From the NCBI GenBank assembly GCA_951406725.2, contig OX597816.1, positions 76,942,001 through 77,006,000 of the forward strand: a stretch of 64,000 nt of DNA, given 5' to 3'. The stretch is from Octopus vulgaris. Taxonomy: Eukaryota. Positions 1 to 14,710 of this stretch are shown one piece after another (within the stretch, counting starts at the first letter, position 1; every line of letters begins with the position of its first letter). Under the pieces are notes generated by a model that was not told the DNA's origin, made no database searches, and was given only the letters and a program-made list of their open reading frames with translations. The translations under genes were made by a program, and so were the position numbers.

Positions 1-161
1 ACATAACAAAAGACTCGATTTCTGTTACATACATATACACACGATTTGACATTCAACCATATGCATAACACATGTACAAGTCAAAACAAGATTCCTACAA
101 GTAATGACACGTGTACATGCAAATAGACATACATACGTATGCATATATTTGTCCATGCAGG

Positions 162-213
<52 letters not shown>

Positions 214-233
214 CACACGCAGTCACACGAATA

Positions 234-324
234 TACAGTAATCCCTTGCCATATCGCGGTTCACCTATCGCGGTGGGGGGAGAGGTTTGAACGTAACACT
301 CGCAATAGTCGAGGGATTAACGTA
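234..324. mobile_element. Tiny MITE with Tigger/pogo-like TIRs
   Basis: TACAGTAATCCCTTGCCATATCGCGGT at 234 matches the reverse complement of the 298-324 end (TACGTTAATCCCTCGACTATTGCGAGT); TA at both ends. Confidence 0.4.
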
Positions 325-374
325 TACATATATACATACATATATATAAATATCATATATATATATATACATAC

Positions 375-416
<42 letters not shown>

Positions 417-422
417 AAGTAA

Positions 423-457
<35 letters not shown>

Positions 458-690
458 AGTAATATATATACATACATAATATATATATATGAGAGGTTTT
501 GGTATCCAGACCCAAAAGGCAGGTAAGGCTCCGTAAGTGCTACGGAAGGACCACTGTTAGACTCCCGGTTCGATAATAGCATGAGTGAGTAGTCTAACGC
601 GGGTCGTGTGTGAGCATGTATGTGTTAAATAAAATGAGACAACAAAACCAACAAAGTGTGAAATCTCTAGGACATTTATAAAGAGAAAGT

Positions 691-738
691 AGGCTTACAG
701 CCGTTTCAGGGATATAAAGATATCCCATCACCAGAGAC
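691..738 (-). ncRNA. Degenerate type I hammerhead ribozyme motif
   Basis: Minus strand: gtct-CTGGTGA-tGGGATAtcttTATATCCCt-GAAAC-ggct-GTA-agcc; stem II intact, core A6G. Confidence 0.5.
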
Positions 739-1243
739 GATATGAGAGAGTTAAATAGAAGGAAGTAGTAGAGTTCAATTTAAGAAGTTATTTTGGAAAG
801 GGAGAGATATAGGAAGTATAAAGAGAAATATGAGAATAAAAATAAACAGGGATACGCATACATATATATGTACCAATGCACACAATAATCAAAACGATTA
901 CCTATATATATTCGTACTCGTATGCATACATTTACTTACGCACGAACACGCGCTTCTAATGCATTTATACCAATTCCTGCAATTAGCGTGGATATGAAGT
1001 TTATTGTGTGCAGTGCAATTGGTGCAGTGTTTAGGACCTAAATGCAGCCTTGAGACTCGGGGTATATTCAGTTGGGCGCTTGTGATCGTGCATACAACTG
1101 GAATATAAATCCGTCTTTAGTTCGGTATGTACATATATGTTCCTCTAGTGGTGCTTTGTACATGATAGAGATTGCATTGTGAGATTGTGAGATAGAGATT
1201 CCATGGTGCTTTACTAATTAAGTACTTTATGATATATATAAAA

Positions 1244-1487
1244 TGTGCCCTTTTAAAACCTAGCCAGGCTCATGGGCCCGGTTTCCCGGTTTCAATGGCG
1301 TATGTGTTCCCCAGCTGGACAGGACGCCAGTCCATCGCAGCGTTACTCATTTTTGCCAGCTGAGTGGACTTGAGCAACGTGAAATGAAGCGTTTTACTCA
1401 AGAACACAATACGTCGTCCGTTCCAGGAATCGAAACCACAATCTTACGATCATGATGCTGACACCCTAACCACTAAGCCACTCGCCT
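1244..1487 (-). mobile_element. tRNA-derived SINE
   Basis: Minus strand head GGCGAGTGGCTTAGTGGTTAGG (A box) ... GGTTTCGATTCC (B box), followed by a SINE-type body (GCGATGGACTGGCGTCCTGTCCAG). Confidence 0.7.
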
Positions 1488-2929
1488 TAACTTTTATATA
1501 TGTATATATATGTATATATATGTGTGTGTGTGTGTGTGTCTGTATATATATAACGTCCGAAAGCACTGATTCTCTAACCTCTTGAACGTTGAAGAGGAAG
1601 ATATACTATAATATATGTGTGGAACATCCTGAAATGATATGTTCCAAACTTCGGCATTATAGAAAATTTTAATGCACAAGTTGGTAGGTACTGTCAGCTT
1701 CCAAATATACCACCATCGAAATCACGAGCAAAAACACTCTATTGTATCGAGCTGATATTTAGAGGTCCTTATTTTTGAACTACCTCCCTAAAGAAACTAG
1801 AAATATAACAAGGACGTCTACTGAAACATTAAAAAAAAACTCCTCGTCTATTCTGAACCAGCCAGCCATTCATGGATCCACTCAGGGAAGATCAGCTGCT
1901 ACAAACTCAATCATATTCCATCTTACAGCCATAAAGTGACAACAAAGCTAAAAGACAATAAATTAAGGCGGCTCTCCAACATGGCCCCAGTGTGCGAATA
2001 CGTATGCGTTAGTGCCTGCTATAAGAAACCTACGAAACTTTAAATCGTATGAGGCCGAATGAAACCGGATTACTAGTCTTCGAATCAGCTTTTTCCTCCC
2101 TGGTATGTATGTATGTATGTATGTATGTATGTATGTATGTATGTATGTATGTATTATAAACTTACAATTAATACACATTGTCAACTTAGTTATTGGGTAA
2201 ATATCAATGAAGAAACAAAAAGCTACAGACAGCTTCTTTCCATCTTGGTAAAATGTTTCTCAGATAAAACCAGAGGAACATACATATATGTGTTTTTGCG
2301 GACACATATATAAAATATATATGTTTGTGTGTACAACTATATTTGTTTACCTGTTATATTCAATTTTGAAATATAATTAATTTTATACGATATCTAATTT
2401 ATATTTATTTTGAAGCATTATTCCAGGAAAATGAATTTCTAAGCTATTTTCTGTTGTTCTTGTCTGTCTTCCTAAACGTCAGTATTTTCTTCCATCCACC
2501 ATACTATATTTTATCTTCATCTTTCAGCTGTTTTATCTACTGCTGATGGCGTGGAATTTAAAATCATATCCGTCTAATGGATTGGAGATAAGATATTGAA
2601 ATCATAAATTCGCTTTCTGATGACGTTTGCCAGCAATTATTCTTCAGCATGAGAAACTAGCGGAAACATCTACGAATAGAAAAATAACGCACCAAACGAA
2701 CTCACAGACAGACACGCACGCACATACACATACACACGTACGGTGTGCGGACATGTGTGTGTATGTGTCTGTGTATGCATACATGAAAACATGTATATGT
2801 ACAGACACAGACAGAAATCCATATTCACAACACATACGCAGTGAAAAATATTTGTACACATATTTTATGCATAATATATCATATAAATGTCTTTGTATGA
2901 ATATTATATTGTATATATTATCATATCTG

Positions 2930-2984
<55 letters not shown>

Positions 2985-3117
2985 GTATGTATATATATGT
3001 GAATGTATGTACATTGTCACTATTTTGGGCTTTTATGCCTTTTACTTTCTCACGCAATGCATACTTACAAATGTGTGTGTGTGTTTTGTGTGTGTGTGTG
3101 TGTGTTGTGTGTGTGTG

Positions 3118-3150
<33 letters not shown>

Positions 3151-3598
3151 CGGGGCTTTTTAGGGGGCAAATGTCAGTTTCTATTTTTATTAGCTTTTAT
3201 ATTCTGAGAATGATATCGTATGAGTAGTTTTGTGATGCCCACGTCCATTTTAAATTTGGGGAAAATGTTTTAAGTGATCAACTTGGTACCTCTGCATGAC
3301 CACATTCTAATGAGTGAAACTAGTCAAAAAGATAATTTTTAGATCGTTAATTTTTGAAAGTGTATGGTACATGCATAGAGGGTTCGGGGGTTTTCTTTTG
3401 TGAAAATTTAGTTCAATGATAGGTACATGGCGGGGGTATTTGTGAGAGAAGAATCTGGTGAAATGGCAAGATGACGAGATGTATTTATGGGATTTTATGA
3501 TTTAAGTTAACAAACATATGTGCTGCATGATTGGGTGAAATATAGGTGGTCGTTTTGGATGGCGGAAGTGAGAGTAAAGCATTTTGTTAATACGTTAT

Positions 3599-3648
<50 letters not shown>

Positions 3649-3728
3649 TGTGTCTCTGTGTGTGTGTATAGGCAGAAATACAGTCGTCACTGAAATGGCT
3701 AAGGGTGAAAGTCAACACTAGCATTATA

Positions 3729-4040
3729 CCGTCTATTATGCCCGCCAGAACTGCCAGATCACGTGATTTCACCCTAGTATACGTTCTTCGGTGACAGATA
3801 TCCAGCAGCGACATAACAGCCGAATATCCCATCAATGATATATAGAATCTCAGTGTCTATTCAGGCACTGGGTTCGCAAATAGCAAGTGGGCTTATTAAA
3901 AAATGTAATTAACTGCCACAGAATACTGCGTTGTGTACCCTGAGAGAATCTTTCACAAGGTATTGCAGTGCATAAAAGCTGAGGATCCCATAGCAGGGTA
4001 AAGTCGCGTGATCTGACAGTTACGGCGGCCGTAATGGACG
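3729..4040. mobile_element. MITE-like element with ~46-bp imperfect inverted repeats
   Basis: CGTCTATTATGCCCGCCAGAACTGCCAGATCACGTGATTTCACCCT versus reverse complement of 3994-4040, CGTCCATTACGGCCGCCGTAACTGTCAGATCACGCGACTTTACCCT. Confidence 0.6.
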
Positions 4041-4439
4041 TTTCTCATCTGTCAACGATATAATGTTGAGTGCTTTTATGAATCACGAACCATGTGTCCT
4101 TATGAGTGATCCTCCCAATTTAAATAACGCAGTGTTCTGTGTCCTTATAGGACCTCCACATTAAGTTGCATTTTGCTATTAATACTGCTTTTATTGCTAT
4201 TAATTGTGTGTGAGAGAACGAAAGAGGGAGGGAACAAAAATCTAATAAGATTTATTCTTGCAAAACACTGATACTGTATTTTGCGACACAAACAAACATA
4301 TCATTGCACTGTGAAGATTTAGTACAACAAAATAATTTTTACTATGGTTATGATGGCTATTTTTAGGATTACCTAGATAGAGTCTTCTCATTCTGATAAC
4401 GAATGACAATTAGAGAAATGTGATGACTCTATCTGTGAA

Positions 4440-6250
4440 AAACAGAAAGAATATAAAGTTGCAAGCAGAAAGAAAAGACCGTCAAGACAAGAGACTGAAT
4501 GCTTGAAGCTACATACAAAATTGTAAAATAAAAAACATTGGGAAACTAAACTCATGAAAAATTAAGAAATGTTACCTTTCATTCCAAATTCCGTTTGTTT
4601 CACGATAGAAGACTTGCTTGACTTTGTATTAGCGGAATCTGTATTACAGACATGCTTCTTTTTATTTTGGAAAAGCAGAATGTCCATCGCGAATATCAGG
4701 GTTTTGATTCCTCTCGTTCAAATAAAGGCAACAGTGTTTGCCCCCCAAAAGATACGCCCCTTCAATAACATGTATTACTGACTGATGGAAAATAACATAG
4801 CTTATCCTGGAATACAGAATTTCTGATTCAATACGTATATTAGCCCTGGCTCTATCAAAGATAATAGCTATGTGCTCATCAATTATATTTATCTTTTTTA
4901 TTTATCAGCAGTAAACAACAATTCCCAATTTAGTGAATTGCCGTCAGCAAGCAATAAATGTATTTATCAATATTGTTCTTCTGGTAATTAAAAACAGCTG
5001 TCAAAAGCTATATTTTACAGTCAGTTTTACAATGGATCAAGTACTATGTCCAAAAGAAAAGTTAAGGGATTTTCTCCAGATGACTTCATTATACACTCTA
5101 TACACATAATTTAAATTTGGTTGGAATTGGTGCAGCAAGTTACAATATCCAACCCAAGTTTTTAACTTCAGAAGATGTCTATAGATGTTTTCTGAGTTTG
5201 ACTCGTCATTCAGTACCAAGAGAACAACGCAATGACATGGCTCTTTCTCACTGAACCTAAGGAAACTGTGACTCAAGAAGAACAATAGCAGCAGTTTTGC
5301 TGAATTTACCAACACTTGTAACTGATTTACTTAGATTTGTGAAAGATAAGATTTTAAAAAACCTAATAAAAAAGTGTGCTTGTAAACAGCACACTGAAAC
5401 CAAAAAGATACTGAAACTACTCCAGTACATGCGAATTTTTAATTGTTCCTATACTCTGGAATGAAGTACTAAAGAAGGGTTTCGTTTTATCCATATATTT
5501 ACAGAAAATAAGTTTATTTATATTAATGGCTTCTCATTTCATTCAATATTTCGAGGATATGAAAACATGTGAAATGAGTATGAACTCAGAAAGAATGGTA
5601 CAGCCATGTCGTATAGAGAACGTAAATGGCAAACAATTCCATGGCAAAATTGAAGAAAATGAAGCAATAGAGACACCCGTAAAAAATATCACGTTAGAAT
5701 CCTAATTAATGTCCCTAGATACTATTATAAACTGAACAGAAAAAAATTTGATCATTTTAATAACGTAGTTGCCGAATGTATTTTTCTCGATGTAAAATAT
5801 TTTTGACAATGCAGATAATGAGAACAAATTAGAAATTTTAACAAACAAGTATTCAGACGTCAAACTGAAATGGAGTAAGAGTTCGTTCCATTCAAATGCA
5901 TGTACAAAATGTTAATGAACACCTGCAGTCTTTGGAATTTAAGTACCGAGGGATTGGCCACAAGCAATGTAATTTTGTTCATGATCGTCAGTGACAAGTG
6001 CTCTATTTATTCTAATTTGTTCATACTTTACCACTTTTGTTTTAACCTTACCAATGATTAGTACCGTTGCAGAACTATCCTTTAGCTAGATCAAGCACGT
6101 AAAATTTAATCTTCGTTTCTACAATGGGTGATGACAGAAATGTCTGTATTAGCAGTACTCTCTCGTGAAAGACCGTTGGCTGCGGAGGTGGATTATAATA
6201 GAAAAAAACTAGACAACTTTTCAAAATGAAGCTCAATAAAAAGAGCCTAT
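4440..6250 (+). pseudogene. Decayed hAT-superfamily transposase (ZMYM1/Tip100-like)
   Basis: Frameshifted motifs: SQFYNGSSTMS (GQxYDGAxxM) ~5020; HNLNLV ~5105; C-terminal dimerisation domain IYSNLFILYH..LTLPMISTVAELSFS*IKHVK..LR/STMGDDR/SVLAVLSRE at 6005-6170; boundaries approximate. Confidence 0.75.
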
Positions 6251-6719
6251 TGTTGTCGCTGTAGAGATTTTTCATATCGTTTCGTTTTGTTTTCAATTAA
6301 CTTTTAAAATGTAAAAACACTAAATAACAGACATTTATATAATATATTTCTTTAAATACAGCCTCGTTTAATTAGCTTATTGTAAACATTTTAATTGATT
6401 AGATTTTATATACAAAATAACAAAGATATACGGCAAAAGAATCTTTTCTTTGGAATTTTAAAACAAAATAACAGTTATGTTCTTTTAAAACTGTATCTTA
6501 ACTTTTTTCTGTTTTTAAAAACAAGAATTATAAATGTAGAATCGGTTCTAAAATATTGGAGTGTTTTATATATATATATATATAACACAAACATACATAT
6601 GCAACATGCACAAGGCTGAATTTCACTAATTTGGATTAATGTTGTTTACAAATGATTATGTGACCCCTGTGTGTGTGTGTTTGTGTGTATAAGATGCCAT
6701 GTTGAGTCTCTTATCCTTC

Positions 6720-6930
6720 ACTAGATTCGTTAGATGCGACGTCATGACATAAGTATTTTTAGCCAGGCTGAGCACATATCTTTCCGAGTCAAACTTCAGT
6801 CAATTTCTTCCACAAGGAGAAAAACAAGCACAAAGAAAGTTAGATAAAGAGTAAAGTCGACCCGAATACAGGGATGGTAATTTATCGACTCCAAAAGAGT
6901 GAAAGGCAAGGTTAAAACCGGTGGGAATTC
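6720..6930 (-). mobile_element. SINE family B fragments
   Basis: Similar to the 47742 SINE (GTCGACTTT...CCTTTCA..CTTTTGGAGTCGATAAA on minus strand). Confidence 0.5.
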
Positions 6931-7619
6931 AACGAATATTAAAGCACCGAAAGCAGAAGAGATTACTGTAACGCGATCTAATGCCCCTGCTAATGTGTGT
7001 ATGTGTATGTGTGTGTGTGTGTGTGTGCGTATGTGTGTGTGTATGTGTGTGTGTGTGTATGCGTGTGTTTGTGTGTGCGTGTGCACTTGTATGTGCGCAC
7101 GCGAGTGTGTGTATATTGATAGACAAATAGATATGCGTAAATAAATATATATATATATATATGCACACATATATAAAAGCACAGACACACACACCAAACA
7201 TGTGTAGAAACTATTCATTTTCCTACTTTGAAAACAGAACACTTTTTTTATATTTGTAAAAGTAATATTAATTTTCAAAATTTTGCGTTTCCCTCTTCTT
7301 TTATTCTGTTTTCTTGGGGTGAGGGTTGCCATTATTTATATTTTAATGTTCTCTCTATTTTATTTTATTTGTCCTTTTCTTTTCTGGTGTCTGTTTTAAC
7401 ACATACACATACGCACTCTCTCTCTCTCTCACTCTCTTCCTCTTTCTCCCTCTCCTTCTCTCTTTCCCTCTCTGTCTCTCATATATGTGAGTATGTGTGT
7501 GTGTGGGGGGGTGCATTTAAAAGTGCAAACGTAATTTATTGCTGCAAATTTAATCATCTATGTAATTTCATTCTCAATTCATCACTCTTTTTCATCTTTT
7601 CACAAGTTTTGGATACCTG

Positions 7620-8320
7620 ATTTTAAAATTTCCTAAGATTTTGAATTAATATATATATAATTCATATCCTCCATCTCCCGTGATTGGCATATATTTCTCG
7701 TCTAAAATGCATAACAATGATCTAAATAGGTAAGCCTGATGGAGTAATGAGGAAAATATGAATGATGTAAGACATTTTTCCATTCTATTGATTCCAGAAC
7801 AATTTAATAAGTTGTGCAATGTGAGGTGGAGCATTATTGTGATGGAAGAGAATTCTCCTGGGATTTATTTATTAAAGCAGTATGTTTTCTATTCAAAGTT
7901 GTCTTCAAACGATGAAATTACTGATAGAAGATTTCAGAAGTGATTATTTAATCCAGACGGAAAAGGTCATAATGAACAAGGCCTTTTGAACAAGGATTTT
8001 GATTTGGGATTATGCTAGCGTCTGCAGCGCATAATATTGCCGTAAAGAATATATTTTTTAATCCAATCATAATCCGATTTAAATATAGTGCTTGGAGTTT
8101 AAGTTTTGGAACGATTCGCAACAGTCAAACATTTGTTGATGATTTGCTGCTGAGAGAGCTTGAGAAATCAATTTCCCCAACTTTGACCAATTTCCTAACT
8201 TATTCAAACGGTTATCTATGGTCGTAAATCTACTGTTAAATTCATTGAAAAGCGCTCTCACTTTCGCAGTAGGATTCCTAGCTTGTCGCCTTCCAAATCG
8301 GAAGTTAATATTTATTGCAA
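7620..8320 (-). pseudogene. Decayed mariner transposase
   Basis: Minus strand NPTAKVRAL..TTIDNRLNKLGNWSKLGKLISQALS (the KLGxWVPHEL region), ILFHHNNAPPH (HDNAxPH), YLFRSL. Confidence 0.7.
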
Positions 8321-8885
8321 TGTACGCGTGTGTTACACACGTACGTTGCAGTTAATCATTTTTGTAAGGTGTTGAACTAGCAGAATCGTTACGACGCCGA
8401 GCAAAATGCTTATCAGCACATCGTCCGTTGTAACGTTCTAAGTTCGATTCACCTCCTCCCAAAAAGTTGCTGGCCATGTACCAAAATGTGAGACCAATAT
8501 TTTCTGTCAGAAAGGAAACGTTTGTAATTATTTACTTTGAAATATTCAATCATGTATTTTTATAATTATGTACTTTGAAACAGTCAATCATGTATCTTTA
8601 GGATTGTGTACTTTGGTTTGTTTAATAATGAATGAAATTAATTTAATGTAAAAATGTACTTTAGAATCCGTAATCCTTAAGTGATTTTATTGCAGTAATT
8701 CTGGATATGATAAGATATTTTGGAATAAGTAATATTGTATTTTGAAGTGATTTGACGGTAATAATGTACTTTGAAATTAATTTACTGAAACGCACATTTT
8801 CTTTCTTTTATACTATTTCCATCTCTTTCGACTTACTGAGGGAGATATTTTTAATATCTACACGCACATGCACACAAACACACAT

Positions 8886-8966
<81 letters not shown>

Positions 8967-9283
8967 TCATATAGTTAGGTAGTTAGGCACCTTTGCTATA
9001 TACTGACGTATATACATTTATACGTACGGAGATTGTAATTAATACAACTCCAGATCTCCAGAGAGGAGATGATTGAAAATGTATTAAAAAAATAGAACAG
9101 AGATACAAGATAACATCTCTTCCAATATGGAATCTTCCATGGAAGCCACTTTCGTTACACAGTACACATATTAACCAACTTAAGACCATTAAGTGCCGTT
9201 TGAGTAGAACTAACCTATCTTCCTGTTGTGACAATATAAGCTTTTCGCAATATTTTGTATACATTCATGCATGTATACATACA

Positions 9284-9315
<32 letters not shown>

Positions 9316-9399
9316 CACACACATACAAGCGTAATTATGTAGTAAGAAGCTTACTTTCCAGCCACATGGTTCTAGGTTCAGTTTCATTTAAACAGTATA

Positions 9400-11105
9400 T
9401 TGTTATGAACTACTAAAAGTTTCCTGCTTTGATGATATTATCTAGACAGGTTTTAAAACACGCTTGCTGTCTCCAAGCAATTTTCTGACTCTGAGCATAT
9501 GGCCTATACAAGTACAAATCAGGACAATATAACAAGTGAAATCACGAGAAAAAAAATATATGAAGGAGGGTGGGTCAAACGTGGACGAGTGTAAAAAACG
9601 AAAAATGAATTAGAGTTATGTCTCCTTTGACCGTGAAACCATAACGCTAGATGGTATAGAACCAACGGAAGGAGTTTGTAATGCAGCTGCTCTGTCCGAA
9701 AATGTGGTGATCCCCAATTCGCCGAAAGAAACTTTTCCGTGTGTTAGCATTAGCTGAAAATTTCTGATCAGGAATTCAGCAGTGCAGTAGAATTCTTACA
9801 TATAAAATGGGTATGCGATCTTTCTGCTACGTACAGCTTACATTTTTTATCCATTAACATATAGCTTAGGTTTTGCTACGATTTTCCATTCGATTGTATA
9901 TAGTGTGGAGTTGGTCTTCAAGCACCAAATGTAGCTAGCCATTTTACTGGCTTTCTTTTTGTCGGAAAGAAGTTAGGTGGTTAATATAGCGTCTTTTGAA
10001 GTCGCTTTGGCATAACACAATGTAATGCTTCTGTTCAGTTAGATTACCATGTATCGTTGCTGTAACTTCATCATATATGACGGAGTTTATCATGAGGCCT
10101 TTGTCGAATAGACAAACTCGAGAATCTCGACAGTTACAACTGGGAGCAGGCTCTTAATAGTGTTAACGGGTAACAATAATTGTCATACTGAGGCACAGCT
10201 GCATAATAACTTAATTGAGCGTCTATTAAAGATATTTCTGTATTTGTGATTTTCTGGGATATGCTTATCGAAAAGAGAATTGTTTAGTTGCGTTATTTGG
10301 CGAACCAAATTATTTTCCTTAGCCTATTTCTATTATTATTCTAAGGCCTATTTCTATTATTGTATTATTAGTCGAAGGGTTGTAATATAACTTATCTTTG
10401 AAGCTATTGCTAACCAGGGCATTATTATAGTAGAGCGCTGCCTTATCAAAAACTTCTTTAGAAGAAAATAGATTGGATATCTTATTACCAATGTTACCTA
10501 TCAGGTTTTTAAGCACTATAACGGGTGGTAGCAGCATTGTATGTGTATGTAAAATGTTTCTCGGTGAGCCTATGGTACTGTTTACAAAAGTGAGAGTTTA
10601 GATCTAGAAAGACATCGAAAGTTTTGACTTTTTGACAGAGCATAGCGACAGTAATTTTGATGCATAATTGACTAAAGGTAGTGATGATTTTTATCTTAAA
10701 TTTATCAAGTGTATGATCGTCACGGCCATGGAAAACTTCATATTCGTCGTCCCGGATTGTAGGGTGGGAAATTCGATCACCTTCTTCTCCGGATTGAGCA
10801 GCTGTATCGGAGACTTTAGACTCCTTCCGTTGAATCTACATCATCCAGACACAAAACTCTACGGTCAAAGGTGGCATAACTGTAATTCTTCTTTGTTATT
10901 TTTTTTTCCGTTTTTTACACCCTTCCACATTTTGAACCTACTTTCATCTCGTTTTTTACTCGTGATTTCTTAAATTGTCCTGATTTGTAACTTGTGTAAA
11001 CCAAGTGGTTAGAGCCTCAAAATTACTTGGCGACGCTATATCTGTTTTAACACTTGCCTAGATAATATCTTCAATGTTTGAAACTCTCTGTAGTTCATAT
11101 ACTGT
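9400..11105 (-). mobile_element. Penelope-like element relic (Naiad-like) with inverted terminal repeats
   Basis: Minus strand 10650-9740: RT thumb (PPVIVLKNLIGNIGNKISNLFSSKEVFDKAALYYNNAL..RKIIWF) then GIY-YIG (SCNCRDSRVC..SVIY..HYIVLCQSDFKRRYINHLTSF..MASYIWCLK..IEWKIV..LLNS*SE); flanked by ~320-bp diverged inverted repeats 9400-9720 and 10770-11105. Confidence 0.8.
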
Positions 11106-11210
11106 ACAAATTAAATAATATTTATCTCTCAGCGGATAGTGTACATTTTTGTTGATTTTACCTTAATGCAAAAGTAAACTATATATATACACGCACACAC
11201 ACACACATAC

Positions 11211-11258
<48 letters not shown>

Positions 11259-11339
11259 ATATATATATATGTATGTATATATATATATATATATATAGAT
11301 AGATAGATAGATATATAGATAGATATATATATATATATG

Positions 11340-11439
<100 letters not shown>

Positions 11440-11539
11440 GTATATATTTATATATATATCGTTAATGAAATATATACTGAATTTCTAATAAGTGCTCTTA
11501 GTAGGGAAATGTCTAAAATATTAAAGGTAGCGATTATAT

Positions 11540-11812
11540 ATTATATTTTAAAATAAGAACAGGAAAATTACATCAAAAAACCATCACAAGATATACGTCC
11601 AATATAATATTGTATTAATAGATAGGTGTATAAATATATAAAGTATGATTATTCAAAAAGTTTTAAAATTTAGATATTTTAAACTTTTAAACTTTTTGAA
11701 TAATCATAATTTATATATTTATACATCTATCTATTAATACAATATTATATTGGACGTATATCTTCTGTGATGATTTTTTGTGCAATTTTCCTGCTCTTAT
11801 TTTATAATATAT

Positions 11813-11815
<3 letters not shown>
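11540..11815. repeat. Fold-back inverted repeat (~130-bp arms) between microsatellites
   Basis: AAGATATACGTCCAATATAATATTGTATTAATAGATAG pairs with CTATCTATTAATACAATATTATATTGGACGTATATCTT; short spacer near 11670-11685. Confidence 0.85.
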
Positions 11816-11857
<42 letters not shown>

Positions 11858-11911
11858 TTACACTCAAACACTTTTCGCATCACATCTGTGCGTCTGTATG
11901 TACACCTATAT

Positions 11912-12950
11912 AGGATCTTATCGGTTTGGCTGCCAGCATCAATTCCGTTCGACTTGATATCATATTCAATATAATTATTGGCTAATTAATGACGTGAAAG
12001 TAATTTTCGCTGTAAAACAATAAATAAAGAGTCATTAGCAATTAAAGTTTGAAAATTTGGGTACTTTTAGCCAATCGTAAGCCACAGAAATATTCATGCC
12101 TGTTTCGATAGTAAGAAGCGAATCCGAGCAGTCTTTGAAAAGCATTTTATCTGCGAGGAAGCACGTGTTGACAAATTTGACGCTTTGTTCTTTGTTCTAT
12201 GTGATTATGGCAGCAATCCCCAATAACTTTGTTTCTATCATGGAAACATTAAAATCAGATGAGGATATTTTTAAGATTAAAACCAAAAGTTAAATGTTTG
12301 GTTTTTAAGCGTATTTTTTTCACTCTTATTTTCATATATAACATCTTTTTGAATATTGTCATTTTATAAGATTTTACTGGCAAATTTTAAAATTAACATA
12401 AACATTTATTTACATAAAAGAAAATTACGTGAGAACTTGCATTTAATTCTTCCAAATCTTTGTTAAAAGTCGTAATATGTTTATCGCATGTAACGTGTTG
12501 TTTATCGCATTTGCATTAAAGGCATATTGAATGCTTAAATATTCCTTCACTCGTTTCTTTTTGTCATTGAACATTGAGGTGGATGTGTTGTGTGCTAAAA
12601 ATAACACCTAAATAAAATATTATGGATTAAACTTTTCAATTAACATAAACATTTACTTACATGGAAGAAAATTACATAACACGTGTTCTTTACAAATATT
12701 GAAAAGACGTGCTATTTTCAGTATGTTGACGACAAAATGTGAAGTCACGCACAAAATGACAGCGTCCAAATCCTGGGTGGATGAAAATGATCAAATTTTA
12801 AACTTCTATAACAATTTTTAACGCATGTTTCTGGAAAAAATGTAATAACTCCTGCAATTCAGTTTGAGCAAGTGCATTACTGTGCCAAATTTTAAAATCT
12901 TCGGTAAACTTTAATGTTTGAAATGCTGACGGCCAAACCGATAAGATCCC
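11912..12950. mobile_element. Non-autonomous DNA transposon, ~1 kb
   Basis: TIRs GGATCTTATCGGTTTGGCTGCCAGCAT and ATGCTGACGGCCAAACCGATAAGATCCC; internal ~38-bp direct repeat at ~12390 and ~12638. Confidence 0.7.
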
Positions 12951-12961
12951 ACACACACACA

Positions 12962-12986
12962 TTTCAACAATTGAGGGTAAAATTAA

Positions 12987-13029
<43 letters not shown>

Positions 13030-13492
13030 CCGCATTTGATTTTTAATGTCCTTACCCCAAACTTTTGTGAGTTGAATTAGCAAACGGAGAGATTTTCTTT
13101 AAGTATTAGAAATCGGCTATTTTTGAGTTCTATGGCGAAGAATTTATTTACTAACCCTTTTATATAATGTAATAATTTATTCGCCTTAAATGGTCCTTTG
13201 CATACTGAACACTTGGTGAAATTGATTAATAATTAATTAATTTTACCCTCAATTTTGAAATTATATTAATCTCCTCTAATTAATGCTTCGATTTTACCAA
13301 ATATATATATATATATATATAGTATATATATATATTAATACTAAACGTACGTATCAAATAATAGCATTTGATTTTTTATGTCCTACCCCAAACTTTTGTA
13401 ATTAGCAACGCTATATATGAAGATTTTCTTTAAGTATTAGAAATAGCTTTAAAGTTTTTAGCTGCGAAGTAATTTATTTTACTAAGCCCTTT

Positions 13493-13500
<8 letters not shown>
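12962..13500 (+). mobile_element. Degraded copies of the 560-bp retrozyme-like family, with a short inverted 3' end
   Basis: CGCCTTAAATGGTCCTTTGCATACTGAACACTTGGTGAAATTGATTAAT..TTTTACCCTCAATT matches 59830-59900; 12962-12991 is the reverse complement of that 3' end; embedded in (TA)n. Confidence 0.7.
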
Positions 13501-13541
<41 letters not shown>

Positions 13542-14551
13542 TAAATGCATATATATATATACATATATGTACGTATCTACCTCTACATGTATATATACAC
13601 GCATATATGAGTACAGGACACCAAAAGAACGTCGAACACAATGAAAAACGAAAACATTAACACAAACCCAAGGAACTGGACATTTTTCTTAAACAACAAA
13701 GAAATAGAGTACAGGACAAATAACACAAGAAAAAAATCCTTCTTCAGTCGCCATGGTTTCATCTACTCTACGTTTCGAAGAGAGAGAGAGAGAGACAGAC
13801 AGACAGATACACACGTCATTGACAAACATATTTATATACATGCATATACATGTATATGCGTGTATAAAAATTAACATAAACAGCTAGGTGCAGTTCCATA
13901 AAGGAAAAATTTAATCAAATATGACTGAGTGTGCCCAAGAAAAAGGAGGTAGTCATTAGTCAGGTATTATATATATTGTGCGTGTGTGTGTGTGAGTCCA
14001 AGAGAGAGAGAGAGAGGGGGGAGAGAGATGCTTTCAAATACAATGACTAAATCTAAATTGACATCTCGGATTATGGATTCAATACAATTGAAAAGAAGTT
14101 GTTTTCTCTCTTTCTCTCTTTCTTTCTTTCTCTCTTTCTTTCTTTCTTTCTTTCTTTCCTTCTTTCTTCCTTTCTCGTTCCTCCATCTATCTATCTATCT
14201 ATCTATGTCACTTTCTCCCTCTTTCTTTTTCTTTTCTTTCCACTTTCTTTTTTGTCTTTCTTTGTCCGTTTTATTAAAACACTAAATCTTGAAATGTCAT
14301 AAAGATCAACCATTCGTAAAACTACTGACCATGAAAATACAATAAAAGCCATCTAACGGAAAAAAAAGACCCCTTCTCTCTTTCTTCCTTCACCTTCCTT
14401 CATTTCTTTCTTTCTGCTTTCTTTTGTCTTTCTCTCTATTCTGTCCTCTTTCCTATCTTTCTGTCTTTCTTTTTCTCTTTACCTTTTTGCTATTTTCCCT
14501 CTGCAGAGGTTCAAACACACACACATATGTACACACGCACACACACATGCT

Positions 14552-14605
<54 letters not shown>

Positions 14606-14658
14606 TATATACACACACAGAGATGTATATAAAAGAGACCAAAGTGTACGTACGCTGC

Positions 14659-14709
<51 letters not shown>

Positions 14710-14710
<1 letters not shown>

